NCBI RefSeq assembly: GCF_006345805.1
Contig: NC_043013.1
Span: 50,716,001-50,780,000, forward strand
Length of the DNA stretch: 64,000 bases
Direction of reading: 5' to 3'
DNA from: Octopus sinensis
Lineage: Eukaryota
Below the pieces are notes generated by a model. The model did no database searches, was not told the DNA's origin, and saw nothing but the letters and a program-made list of their open reading frames with translations. Below are positions 51,182 to 62,880 of this stretch, in pieces. Made by a program: the position numbers and the translations under genes. Positions within the stretch are counted from its first letter, which is position 1; each line of letters opens with the position of its first letter.

Positions 51182-51190
<9 letters not shown>
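50547..51190 (-). mobile_element. Fold-back PLE remnant: ~140-bp inverted arms around a GIY-YIG C-terminal fragment and a decayed hammerhead
   Basis: Arms 50547-50695 and 51053-51190. Minus 51040-50915 encodes LLIFPCYQC...RMNKETFFIEKYKPRLN. Hammerhead-like motif at 50712-50747. Confidence 0.7.
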
Positions 51191-51221
<31 letters not shown>

Positions 51222-52174
51222 AATTCCTGTTGACTATTTTTATGTTTTTTTATTATTATTTATATCACATTTGAAGACAATGAATTCGCAAATAGAGAGT
51301 GAGTGAGTGGCTGTAGGAGAATGGAAAGGAGACCCTCTGTCATATCGCTCTCTATATCTAGCTATCAATCCTCCATATATAAATACAGAACAAATACCTA
51401 CATGCACATACAATTCATATTTATCCACATGTGCATTCACATATTTCTGCATACCGTGTCACACATTCATACACTCACACTTTACACACTTGCATATCAT
51501 TTCACATGGCATCATCGTCATGCAACTGTAGTAATAACAGAGTGTTCTCAAAACAGTTGCAACTAACAGTAATGTTGTGCCCCCTTCAATATTTATCTTC
51601 TTACTTGTATTATATGTTACTCTTCTGCTTTCATGACACACTCTGCTTTCATGAGTGATGCATCTGGAGTTTTTACCCCACTGGACTTCCATTTTATCTA
51701 AACATTCCAATTTGAGAATGTAGATAGCCAAGCAATCGGATTGTGGACCGCATTAGAAATACATTGGTTTTTGCCCTACTAGCATTCTCTCTCTCTCTCT
51801 CTCACACACACATGTGTTAATGCTGCAATATTTTACAATTGTTACATTATATGACTGTAATGTTTTGAATTATTTCCACTGAAAAAGTAGAATGACATGC
51901 TGAAATACAACCCAATACATACATCTAAAACAAAGTTTCTTCAGCTACCTTTAAAATATTAGAAAGGGCATCCAGCTGTAGAAACTCTGCCAGATCAGAT
52001 TGGAGCCTGCTGCAGCCATCTGGTTTGCCAGTTCTCAGTCAAATCGTCCAACCCATGCCAGCATGGAAAGCGGACGTTAAACGATGATGATGATGATCCC
52101 CAATATTCTATTTTGTTGTGTGGACTGCCAAAAATCTTATATGGGCACTGCTCTAATGGATTGTTTTAGTTGAT

Positions 52175-53460
52175 TATAATAATAATAATAATAATAATTG
52201 TGTACAGTGCTCAGGTGCACTACAACTCATCTAAAGTGTATATATAATCAGGTGTAGTTTCGGCGGATTTCGGAAAGCATGAGGGCCTTAAAGGATGCAG
52301 TGTCATGGCAGTCAACAACTGACGCAGGCAGTTTATTCCATGCTTCAGCAACTCTGAGCGTGAAAAAATGTTTCCGAAAGTCATGGGAGCTGTGTTGTTT
52401 TCTGACTTTGTAGGCATGTCCACATGTGTTAGACACATGGAGATCAAAAAGGTGTTCAGTGTTGTTGGTGAGGTGGTTGATAACTTTGTGGGTGTTTACC
52501 AAGTCCATCACCAGACGCCGAAGCTTCAGTGAATCCATGCCCAGGGAAACAAGGCGCTCAGAATATGGTAGGTGTCTGATGGAGGGTATGCGTTTGGTTG
52601 CACGTCTCTGGACAGATTCCAGGAGGTCAATGTTCTGAGCAAGATAGGGGTTCCAAACTGATGATGCGAATTCCAAGTGTGGTCGTACCATAGCTGTATA
52701 CAGTTTTAAATAGATGGCTGGAGAGCGGCTAACAAAAGTCTTGCTCAGTGATGCCAAGACACCCTCGGCCTTCTTGACAATTTTAGAGATATGCTTTGTC
52801 CAACGCAAATCACTGCTGACAGTGATGCCTAGGTCACGCTCGCAAGAGGATTTCTTGATATCAGTGTTGTGGAGGGAGTATGTGGACGCAGGGTTTTTTC
52901 TCCCAAAATGCATGGTGGTACACTTGTCTACAGCCAGTTTCAGTTGCCAGTCTGTGATCCATTGCTGCATTGTGTCTAGGTCTGATTGCAGGAGAGAGTT
53001 GTAGACATCAGGATCTGTCCCCTTGATTTCAAGGTACAGCTTGATGTCGTCTGCATATTTCAATACTGTGGCATTCTTTAAATTGGCATCTATGTCATTA
53101 ATGTATGCCACAAACAAGAGGGGACCAAGGACAGATCCCTGTGGTACACCCGATGACATCTCATATGGTGTAGAGTGCTGCCCTAGAACTGTGACTACCT
53201 CCTTTCGGCTGAGGATGAAGGATTTCAACCAGTTAAAAAGGTCATCCCTCACACCCATTGCAGAGAGTTTCACCATAAGCCTTTTGTGTGGCACAGAGTT
53301 GAAAGCCTTAGCAAAGTCAAGGTAGACAACATCCACCCATGAGCCACTGTCAGTGATCTGAGTAATGTCCTCAAGGAACTCGACAAGCTGATCACTGCAG
53401 CTGGAGTTAGGGACAAATCCATATTGTGAGGGTCGGATGAGACTGTGAGAGACTGTGAGA
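52175..53460 (-). mobile_element. 5'-truncated CR1-clade LINE with short 3' UTR and (ATT)n tail
   Basis: RT ORF followed by a short 3' UTR ending ctgagcactgtacacaattattattatt. Confidence 0.92.
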
Positions 53461-53492
53461 TTATGTATAAACATGCAAGGTCTTTTCCACAT
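52248..53492 (-). CDS. Uninterrupted reverse transcriptase ORF (RT and C-terminus) of the CR1-like LINE
   Basis: LDFAKAFNSVPH, SGVPQGSVLGPLLF, KYADD, ERDLGI, VRPHLEF..SVWNPY, LESVQRRATK. The first ~10 codons may be flank. Confidence 0.93.
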   Translation of the reverse strand: MWKRPCMFIHNLTVSHSLIRPSQYGFVPNSSCSDQLVEFLEDITQITDSGSWVDVVYLDFAKAFNSVPHKRLMVKLSAMGVRDDLFNWLKSFILSRKEVVTVLGQHSTPYEMSSGVPQGSVLGPLLFVAYINDIDANLKNATVLKYADDIKLYLEIKGTDPDVYNSLLQSDLDTMQQWITDWQLKLAVDKCTTMHFGRKNPASTYSLHNTDIKKSSCERDLGITVSSDLRWTKHISKIVKKAEGVLASLSKTFVSRSPAIYLKLYTAMVRPHLEFASSVWNPYLAQNIDLLESVQRRATKRIPSIRHLPYSERLVSLGMDSLKLRRLVMDLVNTHKVINHLTNNTEHLFDLHVSNTCGHAYKVRKQHSSHDFRKHFFTLRVAEAWNKLPASVVDCHDTASFKALMLSEIRRNYT

Positions 53493-53836
53493 GGTTTTAC
53501 TACAATATTAAAACAATGGAGTTTAATGACCTATTATTGAGTTCATAATTACTACTGCTACTTTCATCTTTAAAAACCAATTATTTCATTCTCTTTATTA
53601 AGCTATCTATCTATCTATCACAAGGGGCTACACACAGAGGAGACAGACAAGGAGAGACAAACGGATTAAGTCAATTATATTGACCCCAGTGTGTAACTGG
53701 TACTTATTCAATTGACCCCCGAAAGGATGAAAGGCAAAGGTGTCTTCGGCAGAATTTGAACTCAGAACGTAGCGACAAATGAAATACCATTAAGCATTTC
53801 GCCCGGCATGCTAACAATTCTGCCAGCTCGCCGCCT

Positions 53837-53876
<40 letters not shown>

Positions 53877-55401
53877 CCTACCCACCCACCTACCCATCCA
53901 TCCATCCACCCACCTTATCTCTATCTACATCTCTGTCTGTCTATATGCTGGTGTCATGTAAAAAGCACCTAGTACACTGTAAAATGGTTGGCACTAGGAA
54001 GGGCATCCAGTTTTAGAAATCATGATAAAACAGACAATTGGATGGATGCTGGTGCCACATGGAAAATGGACATTAAACGATGATGATGAGGATATATATA
54101 TCCTGTAAGTTTATTTACAGGAAATGTTTTTGAGTAGGCATATAAAAGCTATTTTATTATGTTGGCTATGGCCTGGTGATTCCAACCTGCAAAAGTGATA
54201 TTCTTTTCTACTCTAGGCACAAGGTCTGAAATTTTTGGGGAAGGTGCCAGTCAATAAGATTGATCCCAGTATGCAACTGGTACTTAATTTATTGACCCTG
54301 AAAGGACAAAAAGCAAAGTCAACCTCTGTGGAATTCGAACTCAGAACGTAGTGGCAGATAAAATACCTATTTCTTTACTACCCACAAGGTGCTAAACATA
54401 GAGAGGACAAACAAGGACAGACAAATGGATTAAGTCGATTACATTGGCCCCAGTATTCAACTGCTACTTAATTTATCGGCCCCGAAAGGATAAAAGGCAA
54501 AGTCGCCCCCAGTGTGGAATTTGAACTCAGAATGAAGCGGCAGACGAAATACGGCTAAGCATTTCGCCCGGCGTGCTAACGATTCTGCCAGCAGCACTGC
54601 TTTGCAACAGTAATATTATTTATGAAATCATATCGCCCTAAAAGGCCAGAACATCACAACTTTCTAAGGGTGTTGGATATGCAGTGGTTGTTGTAGAATT
54701 TAGTCTTGTAGTGTAAGCTGCCATCTCATGAACTGGAGACTTTCAGCCTCAAATCCTCAACCATCGTCTATGTTTTTCACACACTTATATTATATAACTG
54801 TTTACCATATTAATATCTTAGAACCTGTAATTATAATCCCCTCGCAGAAAATGGCAAAATATTTTATGAATTGTTAACCTCTCACCATTTTCTCTATCTG
54901 ATCTGAAAAGAATTGGAACAAAGATGTGTTCTTTGTTGAGTAAATAGACAAACATAGCGATGACAACATGATAAAACCAGAAGATACTCTCAGACAGTGT
55001 TTGCATTTTGGGGAGTATAAGCAAAACATATGGCATGAGGAAATATCTTGTTTAACACAGAGCACTTGAGGGAACAGAAGAAGAAAACTAAAAGAACATC
55101 TTTCACTCACACATGACTATGATTACAGGAGATAATAGCATAATTTCCTCCACATACTAAATAATAAACACGGACACACACATACACATAAATGTACACA
55201 GAATCACACACATACACATAAGTATCTGTGTGTGTATGGCGAAATGCGTAGCCATATTTCATCTGCTGTTACATTCTGAGTTCGAATTCTGCCAAGGTCG
55301 ACTTTGCCTTTCATCCTTTTGGGGTCAATAAATTAAGTACCAGTTACACACTGGGGTTGATGTAATCCACTTAATTCGTTTGTCTGTCCTTGTTTGTATA
55401 T

Positions 55402-55432
<31 letters not shown>

Positions 55433-55544
55433 ACATACATATAATATATATATATATATATTTGTATAATATATATATAATATATACATAATATATGTAT
55501 ATATAAATAATATTTATATAATATATGTATATGTAATATATATA

Positions 55545-55588
<44 letters not shown>

Positions 55589-55739
55589 GACATATAATAT
55601 ATATATATATATATTTGTATAATAATATTTATAATATATACATAATATATGTATATATAATATTTATATAATATATGTATATGCTAATATAAAATTATAT
55701 ATATTATATATATATTAACATGTAAAAAAATAAAACAAT

Positions 55740-55960
55740 ATCTAATATATGTAAGTCTAAATAGGTTAATCTGGTTAAGACAGGAACAAAGACCATACTA
55801 TCAATTGGGAATTAATTAGTACTGCACAACTATACAGACCAGGAACTAATAAATGTGACCTGTGTATAAAAGAATCTTACCAGATTTTTACATCTGAGGA
55901 TAATACAGTGAATACTAGACAAGAACTTTAAGATACTTGCACATGAGGAAATTTCCCTTT
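55740..55960 (+). mobile_element. Penelope-like GIY-YIG endonuclease C-terminal remnant
   Basis: INWELISTAQLYRPGTNKCDLCIKESYQI...NTRQEL matches the PLE pattern IKW.I...A..Y......C.LC..EK..I.....N.R.E. Confidence 0.75.
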
Positions 55961-56726
55961 ACTCATCATAAATGAGTTATAAACATTTAAACAATGAAAT
56001 GTTTTGAAATAACTGACTATAAGTATTAAATGAGTGACTATTCAATGAATACATGAATTGAAGGTAGTTTGCATCTAGGCGTAGGAGTGGCTGTGTGGTA
56101 AGTAGCTTGCTTACTAACCACATGGTTCTGGGTTCAGTCCCACCATGTGGCACCTTGAGCAAGTGTCTTCTACTATAGCCTCGGGCCGACCAAAGCCTTG
56201 TGAGTGGATTTGGTAGACGGAAACTGAAAGAAGCCTGTCTTATATATGTATATATATATATATATGTATGTGTGTGTATATATGTTTGTGTGTCTGTGTT
56301 TGTCCCCCCCAACATCGCTTGACAATCGATGCTGGTGTGCTTAGGTCCCTGTAACTTGACGGTTCAGCAAAAGAGACCGATAGAATAAGTACTGGGCTTA
56401 CAAAGAATAAGTCCTGGGATCGATTTGGTCGACTAAAGGTAGTGCTCCAGCATGGCCACACACAAATGACTGAAACAAGTAAAAGAGTAAAGAGTAAATT
56501 AATGTACAATCTCATATCGTAGAACACAAAGAAATTCAAACAGTGAAATCAACAAATATTAAAGTGATGCCCCTACAGAAACCACACCGGTGTTATAACA
56601 AAGCTGCAAATGCAAAAGTTACTAATTGATGTAGTAGAAACACGTGTAGGTCTATTTGAAGCTGTATGTATAAATATATAGGAATTAAAAGCAATGCTGA
56701 TGCTAATTCATAGCAATACTTTTAAA

Positions 56727-57078
56727 ATTACCTCTGCCTTAGCGAAGGCGGAGGTATTGTTTTCAGTCATGTTTGTTTGTTTGTTTGTCCATGGGCAAAA
56801 TATCTAAAGAACTGCTGGATGGATTTGGATGAAACTTTCAGAGATGTTTGGGCTTGGGACTGGCATGAACTGATTAGATTTTAGAATCGATCTGGTACCG
56901 AACAAGGATTCTGGATTGTTTTTCCATTTTTAAAAAATTAATTTTTGAGAGTGGTTGGGTTCATTTTTAGTATTCTTGTTTGTGAGAGCAATCAAGTTTA
57001 TTTCAAATATTCTCATTTTGAAAATCATCTCTGGCTAATTGTTGCCTTGGCGGAAGTTTGCACTCTCTGAGTGCACTT
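56727..57078 (+). mobile_element. Non-autonomous Helentron/DINE-1-like element (HINE)
   Basis: 5' subTIR hairpin acctctgcc...ggcggaggt, (gttt)n, 3' subTIR ttggcggaagt, terminal stem-loop gcactctctgagtgc. Confidence 0.75.
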
Positions 57079-57266
57079 ATTACTATTGTTATTATTATTA
57101 TTATTGATATTAAATATTCCAGGAAAACTATAATCCAGTGGAATATTTCTCTAAATTCTTCTTCTTCTTCTTCCTTTCCCCTCCTCCCCCTCTTCTTCTT
57201 CTTCCTCCTCCTCCTCCCCTCTTCTTCTTCTTCTATATATATGTATATATATATATATATATGTAT

Positions 57267-57299
<33 letters not shown>

Positions 57300-57689
57300 G
57301 ACTTGTCAAGCCAAATGAAATTGCAGTCATAGCCTTTGCCTGTGCCATTGCATATGGCACCAGTGCCAGTGGCATGTAAAAAGCACCCATTACGCTCTTG
57401 GAGTGGTTGGTGTTCTGAAGAGCATCCAGCTGACTGGAGCTTGGTACAGCCCCGCCAGCCTACTAGCTCCAGTCAAACCATTCAACCCATACCAGTGTGA
57501 AAACCACCCATTACACTGTTGGAGTGGTTGGCATCAGGAAGGGCATCCAGCTGTAGAAATCATGCCAGATGAGGCTGGAACCTGGTGCAGCTCTCTGGTT
57601 TACCAGTTCCAGTCAAGCCATTTAACCCATGCCGGCATGGAAAATGGATGCTGAACGATGATGATGATGGTGATGATGATATATATGCA

Positions 57690-57960
57690 TGTATATAAAC
57701 ACACACATGCACATATATAAACATGGATGGACGCATACCTTTATATTTTTGAATACTCATGCACAGAAAATTGTACGCACACAGATTAACAAAAACACAA
57801 ACTGTTGCTCTTACACAGATGCACACAGAGAAACAACTACATACACACACACACACACAAACACACACATATACGCAAATAAACAGTCAGATGCCTGCAT
57901 ACACAAACACCCAAGCATACACACACAAAAACATACACACATATACACAAGCATGCAGTT

Positions 57961-58007
<47 letters not shown>

Positions 58008-58720
58008 ACACACACACACACCACACACACATGCAAATGCATATCTGCATGTTTATATATTCAAACATTCAGACACACATTGACACATGCGAACAAGTGC
58101 ACGCATACACACTTGTTGACATGCATGCATGCACACACATATATAGAGTGAAACATACTCACATACATACATGCAGAGAAATATATACACATGCACAGAC
58201 AGATGCACAAATGCTGACAAATACACCTCATAATACATTCATGCAGATAAATGTGCATATGCACATGCAAACAAATGCACATGTGTAAAATCTGACATGC
58301 ACACATACACACATGCAGAGAAATACATGTGTATGCAGACAAATGCACAGTTGCAGATTACATGCACCACATGCATATGTGCAGGTAAGCATGCATGCAG
58401 ATGAATATGCATACAAACATACAGACAGGCACACATGTTGATAAATGCACACATACACATACTAGTAAGTGCACAAACATGCATACATATACACAAATGC
58501 AGAAAAATTTACAAGCATGCATACATACACACAGATGCAGAAAAATGAGTGTGCACACACATGCAGACAAGCACATGTAGAGACAAATGTCCATATATAT
58601 GCACACACACACAGTCAAATGCACACATATGCATGCAGTCAAATGCACACACACATGTAGATATTTGCACACATGCACACAGATATGCAGACATATGCAC
58701 ACACATATTCACACAAGCAA
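57690..58720. repeat. Degenerate (CA)n/(CATG)-rich low-complexity tract
   Basis: Direct inspection. Confidence 0.9.
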
Positions 58721-58963
58721 TTTGATCAGTTTGAATGTCTTTTATATGAAATCTGTGAGAAAAATTTCATGTTTTGAGTTGCTGTTGTTGTTGTTTATTA
58801 TCCCCATAATTACATTTTAAAGATTAAAAGAAAAACTATTCTCACAAAAAAAAAAAATTCAGATATGTTTCTTCATGTTTCCAAAGAAAAATCAGAAAGC
58901 TAAAAAAATTAAACAAAATCTCAGAAATACAGAAATAAAGAAAAAAAATTGTTTATATTTGCT

Positions 58964-58999
<36 letters not shown>

Positions 59000-59279
59000 C
59001 ATCATCATCATCATCATCATTAATATTATTTATGGAATTTCAAGTAGCGCCACTTGTTTTGACATTTTCTGTGGCTATCATTTCTACATTTCTTCTGAGA
59101 CTTTTATGAAGAATCGGTAGAAATTTCTTCTTTGAAGAAGGGTGGCAGGAGACACCCCCTTCTCCCCACTGCCTCTTTCCCTGTCATGAAACAAAAAATT
59201 TTTTTTAAAACCCCTCCAAAAATGATAAACTCCCCTAAATCAAACAAAATATATAAAATTGAAATAAGAACAGAGAAAG

Positions 59280-59508
59280 TCATTTAACCATCACCATCAA
59301 TGTCATCATCATCATCATCACCATCATCATCGTCATCATCGTCACCATCATCACCATGATCATCATCACCATCGTCATCATCATCATTACCATCGTCATC
59401 ATCATCATTATCATCACCATCATCACCATCATCATCATCATCGTCACCATCGTCACCATCATCATCTACATCATCATCATCATCACCATCGTCATCATCA
59501 TCATCACC

Positions 59509-59539
<31 letters not shown>

Positions 59540-59860
59540 TTGTCATTATGAACATCATTGTCACCACCTCAACCATCTTCACATTCATCATCATCGTCAT
59601 CATCAGCACCACCACAGCCACCATCTTTATCATCATCATCGTCATTGCCATTGTCAACCACATTGTCCCTAGTATGAGCACCTGCCACCACCCTTGTCTT
59701 TATCCTCATCATCATCATCATCAACCCTATTTCCACTGTCCACCATCGACCTCCCTCTTCATCCTCTACCTCATCCTCATCATCATCAACACCACTTCCA
59801 CTGTCCACCGCCTACCATCACCATCATCTTCATCATCATCATCATCATCATCTTCATCAA
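59280..59860. repeat. (CAT)n/(CAC)n trinucleotide tract
   Basis: Direct inspection. Confidence 0.92.
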
Positions 59861-60296
59861 CGTTGTGTAAGTGAAAAAAAAAAAAATTAGAAAATTGTAT
59901 TTTTTCTGATTAAATTCCCTTTCAATTTCACCATAATGTAAAATAGATGAATATTAATTATAATTTTAACGCAAATGAGAAAAAAAAACATGAATAAGCG
60001 ATATTGTATATCTATATGTTTGTGTTTTGTGTGTGTGTGTGTGTGAGTGTGTGTAAGTGGTTTTATTGGCCAACACATAAATATACACACATTACACAAG
60101 CACACAGGCTGATATATACATACATATATATATATATACATACATACATATATATATATACATACATACATACATATATATATATATATAATATATAATA
60201 TATATATATATATATATACACACATGTAATATATATTATACACATGTATATATATATATATAGTCCACACAAACATGTGGGTATATATATATATAT

Positions 60297-62880
60297 CATC
60301 ATCATCATCATCATCATTTAACGTCCGCTTTCCATGCTAGCATGGGTTGGACGGTTCAACTGGGGTCTGGGGAGCCCGAAAGCTGCACCAGTCCAGTCAG
60401 ATCTGGCAGTGTTTCTACAGCTGGATGCCCTTCCTAACGCCAACCACTCCGAGAGTGTAGTGGGTGATTTTATGTCCCACCGACACAGGTGCCAGACGAG
60501 GCTGGCAAACGGCCACGCTCGGATGGTGTTTATTATGTGCCACCGACACAGGTGCCAGACGAGGCTGGCAGACGGCCACGCTCGGATGGTGTTTTTTTTA
60601 TGTGCCACCGACACAGGTGCCAGACGAGGCTGGCAGACGGCCACGCTCGGATGGTGTTTTTATGTGCCACCGACACAGGTGCCAGACGAGGCTGGCAGAC
60701 GGCCACGCTCGGATGGTGTTTTTATGTGCCACCGACACAGGTGCCAGATGAGGCTGGCAAACGGCCACGATCGATGGTGCTTGTTACGTGCCCACAGCAC
60801 GGAGGCCAGTCGATGCGGTACTGGCTACGGCACGTTCGGATGGTTTTCTTATGTGCCACGTGCCACCGGCACTGGTACCACAAAGATACAAATTCCATTG
60901 ATGTTCATCTATTTTGATTTGTTTTGATTTTCACTTGCCTCAACAGGTCTTCACAAGTGTCACAAGAAGGAAGGTATGCACAGGTGGACTGACTACGTCC
61001 CAGGTAGGGGCCATGGGTTATGGCCTGACTAGTCTTGCCGGGTCTTCGGATGGTGTTTTTATGTGCCACCGACACAGGTGCTAGATGAGGCTGGCGAACG
61101 GCCACGATCGGATGGTGTTTGTCATGTGCCACACCGCACTGACTACGGCACTGATGGATTCTTGTGTGCCACAGGCACTGGTACCACAAGATACAACTTC
61201 CATTGATGTTCATCTATTTTGTCTATTTTGATTTGATTTGATTTTCACTTGCCTCAACCGGTCTTCACAAGTGTCACAAGAAGGAAGGTATGCACAGGTG
61301 GACTGACTAGACTTGCCGGGTCTTCGGAAGGTGTTTTTATGTGCCACCGACACAGGTGCCAGATGAGGCTGGCGAACGGCCATGATCGGATGGTGTTTGT
61401 TACGTGCCCACAGCACGGAGGCCGGTCGATGCGGAACTGGCTACGGCCACGTTCGGATGGTTCTCTTGTGTGCCACCGGCACTGGTACCACAAAGTGTGT
61501 GCCACCGGCACTGGTACCACAAAGATACAGATTCCATTGATGTTCATCTATTTTGATTTGTTTTGATTTGATTTTCACTTGCCTCAACAGGTCTTCACAA
61601 GTGTCACAAGAAGGAAGGTATGCACAGGTGGACTGACTACGTCCCAGGTAGGGGCCATGGGTTATGGCCTGACTAGTCTTGCCAGGGTCTTCGGATGGTG
61701 TTTTTATGTGCCACCGACACAGGTGCTAGATGAGGCTGGCGAACGGCCACGATCGGATGGTGTTTGTCATGTGCCCACAGCACGGAGGCCAGTCGATGCG
61801 GTACTGGCTACGGCCACTTTCGGATGGTTTTCTCTTGTGTGCCACCGGCACTGGTACCACAAAGATACAAATTCCATGATGTTCATCTATTTTGATTTGT
61901 TTTGATTTGATTTTGATTTGATTTTCACTTGCCTCAACAGGCCTTCACAGTATCACAAGGAGGAAGGTATGCACAGGTGGACTGACTACGTCCCAGGTAG
62001 GGGCCATGGTTTATGGCCTGACTAGTCTTGCCGGGTCTTCGGAAGTGTTTTTATGTGCCACCGACACAGGTGCTAGATGAGGCTGGCGAACGGCCACGAC
62101 CGGATGGTGTTTGTTATGTGCCCACAGCACGATGGCCAGTGATGCGGTACTGACTACGGCCATGTTCGGATGGATTCTTGTGTGCCACCGGCACTGGTAC
62201 ACAAGCGGTACTGACTACTTTTTATGTGCCACCGACACAGGTGCTAGATGAGGCTGACGAACGGCCACGACCGGATGGTGTTTGTTATGTGCCCACAGCA
62301 CGATGGCGAGTGATGCGGTACTGACTACGGCCACGTTCGGATGGATTCTTGTGTGCCACCGGCACTGGTACCACAAGCGGTACTGACTACGGCCACGTTC
62401 GGATGGATTCTTGTGTGCCACCGGCACTGGTACCACAAGGATACAAATTCCATTGATGTTCATCTATTTTGATCTGTTTTGATTTGATTTGATTTTCACT
62501 TGCCTCAGCAGGTCTTCACAAGTGTCACAAGAAGGAAGGTATGTACAGGTGGACTGACTACGTCCCAGGTAGGGCCCACGGGTTATGACCTGACTAGTCT
62601 TGCCGGGTCTTCGGATGGTGTTTTTATGTGCCACCATGTTCCCACAGCACGGAGGCCAGTCGATGCGGTACTGGCTACGGCCACGTTCGGATGGTTTTCT
62701 TGTGTGCCACAGGCACTGGTACCACAAAGATACAAATTCCATTGATGTTCATCTATTTTGATTGATTTTCACTTGCCTCAGCAGGTCTTCACAAGTGTCA
62801 CAAGAAGGAAGGTATGCACAGGTGGATCGACTACGTCCCAGGTAGGGGCCACGGGATATGGCCTGACTAGTCCTCCGGGT
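60297..62880 (-). repeat. Tandemly amplified RTE 3' UTR (five ~62-bp modules plus ~6 long units) ending in the (GAT)n tail
   Basis: Contiguous with the RTE ORF end; each long unit starts at gaagacccggcaagactag, the ORF-end sequence. Confidence 0.9.
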
